Shown: piece by piece, positions 12,169 to 22,997 of the stretch
How positions within the stretch are numbered: the stretch's first letter is position 1
How the letters are laid out: each line of letters begins with the position of its first letter
NCBI GenBank assembly: GCA_051362555.1
Contig: CM120643.1
Coordinates: 1,364,001-1,428,000, forward strand
Source of the DNA: Lingula anatina
Lineage: Eukaryota > Animalia > Brachiopoda
DNA: 64,000 nt
Reading direction: 5' to 3'
Position numbers and translations under genes: made by a program
The notes under the pieces: generated by a model
Seen by the model: only the letters and a program-made list of their open reading frames with translations
Databases searched by the model: none
Told to the model about the DNA's origin: nothing

Positions 12169-13557
12169 ATGGCTTCTCTGTGTGGAAGGACTGTGTGGTT
12201 GAAAGGGTTAAACAAGAAGTGTGCAAGGAAAGATATTGAAAGGATGTTATACAAAGAAGGTTTTGAGTATGACCACATTGCATTTCAGGGAAGATGTGCT
12301 GCTTTAGTGTTATTTAAAGAGTGCATTTCCGCGGAACAATTCATTGACCACGCTGACGCGGGACTGTACATAAAAGGTACTAAAGTTAAGGCATCGTCTC
12401 CAGCGCCGACAGAGGAGATGTTTATGGTGAGATTATTCGGGTTTACAGGTGACGAAGAATTAACCAAAGCGCAGGAAGCTCCAAAGGCCTCGCAAAGGGG
12501 TACGCGACCTAAAATTTCGAGTACTTGTTTACATGGTCCCAGATCGATATCTTCCGAGGATGACGGAGAAGTCGCGGTCTCAGATAAAATTTCGAATCTT
12601 CCGTATACATGCACTGAAAAGACTGATGTTTCTATTCATTCTGTTGGACCTCCTAGAATTACCTTGTTTTCGGGAGAAAGCGGCAAGGGCGAAGTCACAT
12701 ATAATCAGTGGAGGTTTGAAGTGATAGCATTACTAGGTGATCGTGTTTTTTCCGAACCGATTATTTTACAAGCAATCCGTAAGTCAGTTCGAGGATCAGC
12801 AGCCGATGCTTTAATGCATTGCGGGGAAGGAGCTTCTGTCAATACAATATTGCAGAAGTTTGACAGTATTTTTGGAGACGTGGTACCCGTAGATGTTGCA
12901 TGGGAAAAGTTTTACTCAGCAAGCCAATACTCTAATGAAAAAGTTGTTAATTGGGCTTCTCGTTTAGAAGCATATTTTGATACAATTAGTAGAGTAGATC
13001 CGGAAGTTAGGGAAGGAAAAAAACGTGATAGAATTTTACGGTCGAAATTTTTCTCTGGATTGTTTTCAGTCAACGTTAAGCATGCATTGAGGCATCATTA
13101 CCATTCCGGAGAAACTTTTCAGGAATTGATGGTAAGTGCACGTGTGGCAGAATTAGAATTTTCAGGCTCCCGTGAAACTTCCTCATACCAAGGTAAGCCT
13201 CAGTCTGATGTTTCCGTAGACTTGATGAAAAAAGTAGATATGTTAGATTCTCGCATATCAGATTTAGAGCACTCTGATCCAAATGACAGTTCTCAACGGA
13301 AAAATCGTGTTTATGAAGACAAAGATGAAAATTTCTCTGTCTTAGAAATGAATAGGAAATTAGATTTGTTGGTGTCGGGCATGGAAAAAATCGGCCGTCG
13401 GGTAAGTGATTTGGAGGAAAAAATGAGTGAGTCACGGAACAGAAATGCAAAGCCAGTTGTTTGCTTTAAGTGTAATCAGGAAGGACATATTTCTTCCAGG
13501 TGCCCTTTAAACGCACAAGGGTCGTCGATTCCGGGGCCCAGACCCTCGACCCAGTAA
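12169..13557 (+). CDS. gag: Gag (PNMA-like capsid, N-terminal RRM-like region, CCHC knuckle), 462 aa
   Basis: LFSG..TYNQWRFEV, IRKSVRGSAAD, KFDSIFG, CFKCNQEGHISSRC. Confidence 0.92.
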   Translation: MASLCGRTVWLKGLNKKCARKDIERMLYKEGFEYDHIAFQGRCAALVLFKECISAEQFIDHADAGLYIKGTKVKASSPAPTEEMFMVRLFGFTGDEELTKAQEAPKASQRGTRPKISSTCLHGPRSISSEDDGEVAVSDKISNLPYTCTEKTDVSIHSVGPPRITLFSGESGKGEVTYNQWRFEVIALLGDRVFSEPIILQAIRKSVRGSAADALMHCGEGASVNTILQKFDSIFGDVVPVDVAWEKFYSASQYSNEKVVNWASRLEAYFDTISRVDPEVREGKKRDRILRSKFFSGLFSVNVKHALRHHYHSGETFQELMVSARVAELEFSGSRETSSYQGKPQSDVSVDLMKKVDMLDSRISDLEHSDPNDSSQRKNRVYEDKDENFSVLEMNRKLDLLVSGMEKIGRRVSDLEEKMSESRNRNAKPVVCFKCNQEGHISSRCPLNAQGSSIPGPRPSTQ

Positions 13558-16500
13558 AGCGGGCCACGATTATTGGTAAAGCAAATGAAACAAAGGTGTG
13601 TGTTGATGGTATAGCATGTAATGCGTTGATAGATACCGGTTCAATGGTTTCAACTGTATCAGAACATTTCGTGAAAGAGTGGTTAGGGAGAGAAATTATC
13701 CCTTTAAAAGATGTGTTGAATGTAGAATCGGCAGGGGGACAGATAGTACCTTATTTAGGATCTGTTGAAGCAACTGTGAGTTTGCCAACTTATCACGGCG
13801 TAAAAGAAATCCCGTGTATTTTACTAGTAGTCCCGAATAGTGGTGCTTACATACAAAAGGTGCCAGTGTGCATAGGCACTAATATTTTGTGTTATGGAAA
13901 GGGTCTGGATAATGAAAGAAAGAAAAGAGAGTTCCTTCCAGATTGTTGGGAATTGGCATACAAATCAATGGATGTTGGTAAAGTTGAAAGTAAGCTTTCA
14001 ATTACAATCAATGCAGGCGAAACTAAAATAATCGATGGGATATGCAAAAGGGCAATTATAACGAACAGTACAAACGCAGTCTTGGAACCAAATGATCTTA
14101 GTCCATTGCCTGGGGGTTTGATAATGCGCCCTTCTTTAGTAAGTGTGAAAGGTAGGTCAAATGAAATACCTGTAGTTATTACAAATTTCTCAAAGAAGGC
14201 TGTTACAATACCAAAAAAGTACATTTTGTGTAATGTCAATAGAGCGTGCAACGTTTCGTCCATGCTAAATGAAAGTGGAGATTCTACTAGTAGTTGTGAC
14301 CATCTTCGTGTTCAAAATCAGTCATTGGGCGGAGATGACATGTTGGAGAGAACGCATTTAACTGATGCAGAACAAAGGCAAGTAGACCAATTGCTTTATG
14401 AATATAATGACATTTTTGCAAAGGGCGATACTGACATTGGTTCAACAAATTTGGTCAAACATAAAATTCGACTAACAGACCATACCCCATTCAAAGACAA
14501 GTACAGGAGGATTCCAGCAGGTATGTATGATGAAATTCGAAATCATTTGAGGGACATGTTAGATGCTGGCGTGATAGAAGAGTCTGAAAGTCCTTGGTCG
14601 TCAAATATAGTCACGGTAAGAAAGCCAGATGGCTCTTTAAGAATATGTGTTGACTACCGTAGATTAAATAGCAGAACTATCAAAGATGCATATGCCATGC
14701 CGCGGATAGAAGAAACATTGGATAATTTAGCTGGCTCATGTTGGTTTTCCTCACTTGATTTAAAATCGGGATATTGGCAAGTTCCCATGGAAGAAGAAGA
14801 TAAAGAAAAAACAGCATTTACAGTTGGAAATCTAGGTTTGTTTCAATTCACAAAAATGGCGTTCGGTTTAACAAATGCACCTGCAACGTTTCAACGTCTG
14901 ATGGAAAAGTGTTTGGGTGAGTTGACTCCATGGGATTGTTGTATATATCTCGATGACGTTATAGTTTTTTCAAAAACAGTAGAAGAACACCTGGAAAAAC
15001 TTAAAAAGATATTTGAAAAATTACGAAAAGCTGGGTTGAAGTTGCATGGATCAAAATGCCGACTATTTCGAAAAAAATTAAAATTTTTAGGACACATAAT
15101 ATCAGAAAATGGTATTGAAGCTGATAATTCTAAATTGTCAGTTTTAGAGCAATGGCCCTTACCACAAACGTTACTTCAACTTCGTCAGTTTGTGGGATTT
15201 ACGGGGTACTACAGAAATTTCATAAAAGGGTATAGTATGATAGCTAAACCTTTGACAGACATGTTAAGAGGTCATGATTTAAAAAGGGACAAGAAGGGGA
15301 GGTTTGTGAAGTTGAGTTGGGGGGAAAAAGAAAAAAAATCTTTTGAGCAGTTAAAAAAATGTGTGATGTCCCCACCAGTATTAGGTTATGCTGATTACTC
15401 TCTTCCCTTTCAGTTACACACTGATGCCAGTAAAATTGGGCTTGGCGCAGTTCTGTATCAGAAACAGAATGATAAACTGAGACCTATAGCATTTGCCAGT
15501 AGGAGTCTTAAAAAATCGGAAACTAATTATCCAGCACACAAACTTGAATTTTTGGCATTAAAATGGGCCGTATCGGAAAAATTTTTCGATTATTTGTACG
15601 GTCACCAGTTCCAAGTTGTCACAGATAACAATCCACTTACATACGTATTGGGCAAAGCAAAGTTGGACGCTACAAGTCACAGGTGGGTTGCTGAACTAAG
15701 CAATTTTGATTTCTCAATCAAATATCAATGTGGCAGTAGAAATGTAGATGCAGATGCCTTGTCTAGAATCCAATGGCCTGATAAAGGTGAGTGCATTAGC
15801 TCAGATAGTGTTCACGCCATTTTGGAAAGTCCTGGGCAGGAAGGTTTTATCGAAACTATTTCAATGTCGCAAAAGGTAGTTGATGTGATACAGGGATATG
15901 ATGTTGAGCGTTCTTTAGATTGGATTAAGGAGCAGTCAGAAGATGAAGAAATAACGAACGTTATTTCTTGTTTAAAAGGTGAGTTGCAGGTTTCAGACGT
16001 GACTAGTGAATATAGAAAACAGTGGAAGAATTTGATTATAAGAAATGGTGTTTTGTACAGAGAAAGAAAGTTAGAAGGAAAGACAAGTTGGCAACTTGTA
16101 TTACCGAAGCATCGGCGGAATGAAGCTATAAAGATGTGTCATGATGATATGGCGCATGTTGGTAGAGACAGAACGATAGAGTTGATCAGAGATCGATTTT
16201 TTTGGAATAAAATGTATTCCGATGTTGCAAATTATGTGGCTACTTGTGACAGATGTGTACAAAGAAAATCAATTTCAGATAAGGCACCTTTAGTCAGTAT
16301 GAGTTCATCACAGCCAATGGAAATGTTATGTATTGACTATTTGACCGTAGAAGATAATAAAGGTGGTATTGCCAATGTGTTAGTTGTGACAGACCATTTT
16401 TCCAGGTATGCATTGGCATATCCTGCTAAAAATCAGACTGCGTACACTACGGCAAAGTTGTTGTATGAAAACGTGATTGTTCATTATGGTTTTCCGGCAA

Positions 16501-17267
16501 AAATACATAGCGATCAAGGAAGAAATTTTGAGAGTAGCACAATTAAACATTTGTGCGAAATAGGAGGAGTGACTAAAACTAGAACCACGCCTTACCGGCC
16601 CCAGGGTAATGGTACGTGTGAACGATTTAATCGAACATTGCTAAATATGATTGGTACTTTAGGTCAAGATAAAAAATCGGACTGGAAAAAGTACATTCAA
16701 AGTTTAGTTCACGCGTACAATTGTACAAAGAATGATGCAACCGGATATTCTCCGTATTTTCTAATGTTTGGTAGAAACCCTAGACTGCCTGTAGATTTGA
16801 CTTTTGGTCTAGATGAACAGAGTGGGAATACAGAGCACTCAGATTACATTAGAAAATTAAAAAGACGATTGCAATATGCTTATGAATTAGCTTTTAAGAA
16901 TTCTGTAGATCTTAAAAGGAATAACAAAGAACGGTTTGATAAAATGACGAGAGGAGCTGTCGTCCAGCAAGGAGATAGAGTATTGATCAGAAACTTGGGG
17001 TTAAAAGGAAAGAATAAGTTGGCCGATAGATGGAAACCTGAAGTATATGTGGTTGTAGAACAACCAAATAAAGATATACCGGTATACAAAATTAAAGAAG
17101 AAGGAGTCAAAAGTGGAACATTGAAAGTTGTTCACAGAAATCACTTACTTCCTTTACCTGTCGGAGGATTGAGGAAGAGTAATGAGACAAAAGCGCAAGT
17201 TGAAGATCCCTCCATTCCAAGGAGGTCTAAAAGGGAGAAGAGGATTCCAGAAAAATATCAAGGCTAA
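13500..17267 (+). CDS. pol: Pol polyprotein (protease, RT, RNase H, integrase) in the -1 frame relative to gag
   Basis: ALIDTGS; LDLKSGYWQ, YLDD; TDAS; HHCC zinc finger; D-D-E integrase (IDY, HSDQGRNFES, GTCERFN). Uninterrupted 1255-codon ORF. Confidence 0.96.
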   Translation: MPFKRTRVVDSGAQTLDPVKRATIIGKANETKVCVDGIACNALIDTGSMVSTVSEHFVKEWLGREIIPLKDVLNVESAGGQIVPYLGSVEATVSLPTYHGVKEIPCILLVVPNSGAYIQKVPVCIGTNILCYGKGLDNERKKREFLPDCWELAYKSMDVGKVESKLSITINAGETKIIDGICKRAIITNSTNAVLEPNDLSPLPGGLIMRPSLVSVKGRSNEIPVVITNFSKKAVTIPKKYILCNVNRACNVSSMLNESGDSTSSCDHLRVQNQSLGGDDMLERTHLTDAEQRQVDQLLYEYNDIFAKGDTDIGSTNLVKHKIRLTDHTPFKDKYRRIPAGMYDEIRNHLRDMLDAGVIEESESPWSSNIVTVRKPDGSLRICVDYRRLNSRTIKDAYAMPRIEETLDNLAGSCWFSSLDLKSGYWQVPMEEEDKEKTAFTVGNLGLFQFTKMAFGLTNAPATFQRLMEKCLGELTPWDCCIYLDDVIVFSKTVEEHLEKLKKIFEKLRKAGLKLHGSKCRLFRKKLKFLGHIISENGIEADNSKLSVLEQWPLPQTLLQLRQFVGFTGYYRNFIKGYSMIAKPLTDMLRGHDLKRDKKGRFVKLSWGEKEKKSFEQLKKCVMSPPVLGYADYSLPFQLHTDASKIGLGAVLYQKQNDKLRPIAFASRSLKKSETNYPAHKLEFLALKWAVSEKFFDYLYGHQFQVVTDNNPLTYVLGKAKLDATSHRWVAELSNFDFSIKYQCGSRNVDADALSRIQWPDKGECISSDSVHAILESPGQEGFIETISMSQKVVDVIQGYDVERSLDWIKEQSEDEEITNVISCLKGELQVSDVTSEYRKQWKNLIIRNGVLYRERKLEGKTSWQLVLPKHRRNEAIKMCHDDMAHVGRDRTIELIRDRFFWNKMYSDVANYVATCDRCVQRKSISDKAPLVSMSSSQPMEMLCIDYLTVEDNKGGIANVLVVTDHFSRYALAYPAKNQTAYTTAKLLYENVIVHYGFPAKIHSDQGRNFESSTIKHLCEIGGVTKTRTTPYRPQGNGTCERFNRTLLNMIGTLGQDKKSDWKKYIQSLVHAYNCTKNDATGYSPYFLMFGRNPRLPVDLTFGLDEQSGNTEHSDYIRKLKRRLQYAYELAFKNSVDLKRNNKERFDKMTRGAVVQQGDRVLIRNLGLKGKNKLADRWKPEVYVVVEQPNKDIPVYKIKEEGVKSGTLKVVHRNHLLPLPVGGLRKSNETKAQVEDPSIPRRSKREKRIPEKYQG
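13506..13566 (+). promoter_or_regulatory. -1 ribosomal frameshift signal
   Basis: Slippery heptamer T TTA AAC (13506-13512) in the gag frame, a 6-nt spacer, stem GGGTCG/CGACCC, and a loop GGCCC able to pair with GGGCC at 13561-13565. Confidence 0.8.
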
Positions 17268-17390
17268 CTTAAAGCTTTGATTAATTTAGTGTCATATTTT
17301 AATAAAAACTAGATCATTGTTGTATAGTGTTATTATTATTTGTGGAGTGAATGAAATGTACGGAGACATTTCTTTGAGAAGGGGGGTGAA

Positions 17391-17774
17391 TGTAGCCGTA
17401 TGAATGTATTTTCTTCACTCGTGTTCGTCTTTTGTTTTGTCACGTGGGCGTCATCTTACTCTCTCATTCCCATTGGTCATCTTTCCCGCCTTTCGTCGCT
17501 TATAAATATCGTCGCCGCCTTTTTCTGTCATTCTTCTATTGTCTCATCGCTCTTTATATATTTACAGGTACGTGGTCAATAGTTTAATTCTTTTATGAAT
17601 ATTATCATTATTATTATTATTATACTTATTATATATTAAGATTATAGCTATTAATAACATTATTATGATGATCGCACATTCTTCTATTGTCTCATCGCTC
17701 TTTATATATTTACAGCAAGATGGTATGGAATAAATAAGAACAAAGAGAAATAGACTTTGTTGTGAACCGTTGCA
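17391..17774 (+). repeat. 3' LTR
   Basis: Direct repeat of 9600-9983, preceded by the polypurine tract GAGAAGGGGGGTGAA (17376-17390). Confidence 0.95.
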
Positions 17775-19409
17775 TAACATTTCGGTTACTTTTAAGCAAT
17801 GCATGCAGTTACATAAAACCATTTCAATTATAACCATTTATATACGGTTGCCTCCAATCAGTGACTGGTAACTCACCAAAACGGTTAATCTTAACTAAAT
17901 TGATTGGTTTTAAACAATCTACTGCATTCAGTTATATTCCAATTCGATTACCCTTAAACGTATATAAATTATTGGTCGTCTAATACCTCTCAACAAACAA
18001 AATCACTTCATCTCCAAACATCAAATCATTTATTTATAAATAGGAAGTAGTCGATGTGCCTCTGTCTTTGTGCAGACGATACAATATTACATACAAACGT
18101 TTGCTCCGTCACCAGTTAGATCTCCCGCATAGCCCAATTCCAATTCTGGTACAGTTTGTACTTATATAAATCTGATGATTTTGCATCGCATAAGAAAAAC
18201 TCTCACTTTATACAAATGTTTTATACAAAAAACTTTGGAATAAACTGGAATGTCCGTACAGCAGCGTAGGTCGACTTCGAATGATCATTTCCCTTCCTCA
18301 CGTGATCTGCTCACCTTTTGAATACAGCGGCCCCTGTATCTCCTAAGGACATTCCTCCTAAGACACGTCATCATTGACCCGTTAAAGGACAATAAATACA
18401 TTTATAATCTACCTATTCATGTTGAGTGATGGGAATGTGTTCAAAGCAACTGAATTTACGAATAGTCATGTCAACTGTTTGGATAGTTTAACTTTCAACC
18501 ATATATCCAGTCGGAATTACCCTTGTAAACAGGTTTTATTTCAAATGTAAAAATGCCACAAATGTTAGAGCCATTCTATATAGTCTAGACGACTGGTGCA
18601 AAAAGCTAATTGGACATTTCTTGTTCAGTTTAAATAATTAAAAAGGCTTTTAATTATGTTTCAAACCACCAGAAATATCACCATGTAAAACCCATGTAAA
18701 CCATCGCAACAGTTGCTAGGCAGCACATTACCCTAGCAACAAGTATTTAACATTATATATTTATATATAATATATATTTAATAATATATTCACAGATATC
18801 TCTGTAGCATTTTACATACCCTCGAGTTCCTTCCCATCTTTCTGTTCCCATTCTACATATACTAACTTGTTTCTTAATTATTAAGATAGATACATAAATA
18901 GTGTATGCTTGCACAAACCCAAATAAAAATATCTCTGGAGATATATCAATGTCCACACCTAAATTATCTTTAGCGGGGCAAATGATGCACATCCAAAACT
19001 TTTTTACATATGGACAATCCCAAAAAACGTACAGAATATTTTCTCTAGCAGTATTGCAAATTTGTTAATTTCATAAGTTAAGCATAAGTATTGAATATTT
19101 TATTATTTATTCTGAAATGGAGCAACTTCATTTTCTTGTGATCCGTTTCTTTAATGTTTGTTCCCAATTATCAGTACTCAAGTTTTTTTTTTTTTTAATA
19201 TGTCTGCCATTCACCTACACTTTTATCTGGTATTATATGGCTTTGGAGGATTTTTGGCGAAAAAATATCTTGATGGTTTGGTTACTTGTTTAATTGAGTC
19301 CATTATTTCTTGGAATGCTATGAGTAATTTCCTTCCATGGGAAGAGATAGCCATTCAGATGGTAAGCTCTTTAGGATGCTGATTTAGCCAAGAAAGTTAG
19401 TGGTGACTG

Positions 19410-22020
19410 TGACTGAGGTTAAATGGAAGTTAAATACCATGGAGAAAGCTTTTCCAATTTTTCATAGAACAGGCACAGTTCCCTATGCATTAAAATGCAG
19501 TAGAAAGGGAACTAAGCAGGAATCACTTATCTTACAGTATGGAATGCAAGAAAAACGATCGCATCGGGTAAATTGCAAATACTATATACCAACTTGCAGT
19601 GACAAAACCTGACTTTCAACCATTTAACCACATGAAGTGAACCATAAAATCCAAATTGAAGTAGCAAATATCATATTTGCCTACACTGAATAGAGCCAGT
19701 GTTAACAATAACGGGACCAACATCCATTTTGTGGCCGCTACCCCCAATATGCAGTCATGACATGGGGACTCCATTCCTAGGACTACCATTTCTGTCACAC
19801 CGGCTAAATTTAACCAATTTCAAGGTCACATTTAGATTGCCAGTGTATGACTTCCTATTCAAGTTCAATAGTAACTATGGACCTATCTCTGCCAGTTATA
19901 AGGGACCCACACTTCCTTTACTAGTCATTAACCTGTACTGCACTCATCATTATGATTTCCGGACGTCTATTTTCTAGACTATGATTTTATTTTTAACCAG
20001 GATGCTAGTTACATTTTGCACAGTCATATAATATAGGACCAAAATTAGCGACAAATATATACCACAGCGTCACTGCCACACCAGGCCTGCCACCCTGCTT
20101 CAACCCCTTACTGCTGAGTGCCAAGCAGAGTGTCAGCAGGTACCGCTTATAAAGGATTGATATGTCCCAGGACGGGTTTGAACCCACGTCTTCCTGCTCC
20201 GGAGGCGGACACTCTAACCACAAGGCCATCCAGTCGGTTTATGTACAGTAATGAAATACACAGGTAAATGTCATATTATTAAAACTGAATATGGATAATA
20301 CATGTAACTGCACTTTCACTGGCTTGAGGTTATTTTTCTACTTTTCCTTTTGCCTTGTACACTCCATGTATTTCTAGAAGAGGGTCATCATCCACCCATC
20401 GCCTTATACAGTGTACCTTCTACGGGATTAATGGTTGGTATCCGCTAGGTATTCACAAATATACTATGATATCTATCTATATTAGAATCAGCCAGGGCAT
20501 ACCTGTAGATATCTAGTCATAAGCAATATGGGGTCCTGGTAGAGAGTTACATGACACTTCTAAAACACTCTTCCTAATATAAAGGAATCACGCCTGTAAT
20601 CCAGTTAATGGACACATTAATGTATAACCGCCCTTGATCAACTTACCGAAATGTCTTCTTGTGCAATTTGTCGGTACAGTTCCGATATCGAAAACCTCAG
20701 ATAATTTGGAATTTATTTCCCCCTCTTCCTAATGCTGTCTCTCTTAGATTTGACGGGCTCGTTAACTGCGCAACTTGTAGTAACAGCTAAGTTAAAAGCA
20801 AAGTTAAAAATAACTAACAAAACCGTACATTGGACTGCAAGCGTTTTATTGCTTCTCGAAAAACACAAACACAAAGAAGTACTGGTACGTATGCTCTGTG
20901 CTTAGCGGAGCACGTAATGGAAACAGCCTTTTAATAAAAACCAAGTTTATGTACAGACGCAGTTCGATGAAAGGGGGTTCTCTGTTTTTACCTGTTTGAT
21001 TCATTTACTGGTAGCTGCCGTCGCGTACTGGTATATTAAAATTGTTTGTTTGACTCTTTGTCCCACGGATCTTTAGAAAACACCATCTCAGCGGTGGTAA
21101 AATCACAATGAAAGCACACTTTCATGTCATTCATATAGGCACAATGTACTCATACATTCTATATTTGCTTGCTTACTTAAAAGAACAATGAAAACTGCAG
21201 AGAATGAATGATAGTATACATAGGCTAGCTACTCACTCTAGATCGAACTTGCCAAAAGCCTATTGATCTTGTAACAGTTTACATAAACTTGTGGCCTCTT
21301 ACATAGACTTGTAAATACTTCACACTGATAACTTATAATTTTACTGATTTTGTGCTTTTGCTGGTACTGTGATGATTTTAAAGCAGAACTGCATGTAATG
21401 ATATTGCTAACTGAGACTAGCATACTGAATAATTAAGAATGTGAAAATAAAGTTAAACTAATGGGCTTGAGAAGGCTTGTTCGTCGTGACACACGCCTAA
21501 AGTTTAATGCGCTAAAAACACGTGTTCTTATAAAAATTAATTTAACAAAGGACCGGGCAAATATGTGTGGCAATTATTTGTCGTTATACCGTCTTTTCTT
21601 TAAACATACGGGAGCCCCGTGTAGCGTCCTCCGTGAATCTGTAGGGCAGAATACACCATAATAGACGTCACCATGCATTCACGGACTGTTACAGACGACT
21701 GTATAATGCTGAGATAAAAAAAGTGTTTTATTTTTTTCAATTTTCCCGGTATTCTTTGTAAGTTGCTAAGGTTATAATGGTGTCAACTAGCTGGCTAGGA
21801 TGTAAACTACTGCCTATTTTTTCAGGACCAGGCACAGGTGTCGAGCAGTGCGAGACCTCTGACGGCGGGAGCTACTGACTATGAGCGGTGCAGCGGTTTG
21901 TTTACAAACAAGAGGGGGTGCACGTGTTCAAGAACTGTTGGTAAGAAAACAAGCAATTCGTTTAAAATTTAAAAAAAAATGAGAAAATGTCCCAAAAAGT
22001 ACTTGTTTTATCCGAATTAT
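19410..22020 (+). repeat. Segmental duplication: copy of ~3035-3300 plus ~7273-9420
   Basis: Long collinear, highly similar direct match seen by eye. The first copy is interrupted by the PLE. Confidence 0.92.
20075..20238 (-). mobile_element. tRNA-derived SINE (copy 2, inside the duplicated segment)
   Basis: A box TGGCCTTGTGGTTAG and B box GGTTCAAACCC; homologous to 7505-7659. Confidence 0.65.
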
Positions 22021-22997
22021 TATGTATATTATTGGACGACCAAAATTTGGCTAGCAAATTTATACGATTTTTAATCTATTGATTCATTTTAATTGTATAG
22101 TTAACCTCAGTAAGTGATATCAGGAGGAAGGAAACATAACTCACAGCAGCTATTTGTTATCAGCTCTACGGGGCTAAATTTGGTAGACTGCTTCATATGC
22201 AATTGATTCAGATTTAGAAATAATTATATAATAGCAATGCCCATCTCACATTAAAACTGCATTTAGACCCCTTAGTGAAAAAGATATGTTAACTTTCTTT
22301 GTGATTATTCAACTTGTCAATTAGTTGACATGGTCCAGCCATATCAAGATATTGTGTTAACTTAGCTGATACACATAATATACAAATAAACTTGCTAGAA
22401 CACCACAGTAATGATGGAGACATTAAATAACACGTGTTCACAGCTGAGACTATGATTTAATCCTAAATTAATGGAGCGATCATAGGATGTAGCTTAAATG
22501 CTACAGAAAATCAAAATTAGATATGCAGCTATGCAAGTCTACATGCAATAAAGACTAAGTTTATACAAAAATTATAATTCAGTAGTAAGTAATAATAATA
22601 TTGTAAAAATGACATAATAAGCCTATTTATCTGTTAAAAGACAGCTTGGATTTGGACATTTTTGTGATTGAAAATCCATTACCTAATCAAAACACATTTT
22701 TCTTGTTTTTATAGAGTAATCTGCCGTTTTCCATAGCTTGTAAATATACAATATCATGTATAAATGTAATATACTTGACAAGGAATTATCACAAAAAGAG
22801 AAAGAGTGACAGTACACAGGTACGTATCTGAAACCAATATAATGAATGGTATTCTCACATGTATATCCTGTCACAATAGGAAGAAATAAATGAACATGCA
22901 TTTAATCATCTAGATTTGTCAAGCGTCTCAATATGAAAAGACAAATTGGCGAAGGAGGACAACTTGTCTGATAGGATTGTATACATATCCATTGTGT

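Larger units (their letters stand above)
9600..17774 (+). mobile_element. Full-length Ty3/Gypsy LTR retrotransposon
   Basis: Two 384-bp LTRs (TG..CA), a 4-bp TSD TAAC (9596-9599 and 17775-17778), PBS, PPT, and intact gag and pol in PR-RT-RH-IN order. Confidence 0.97.
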
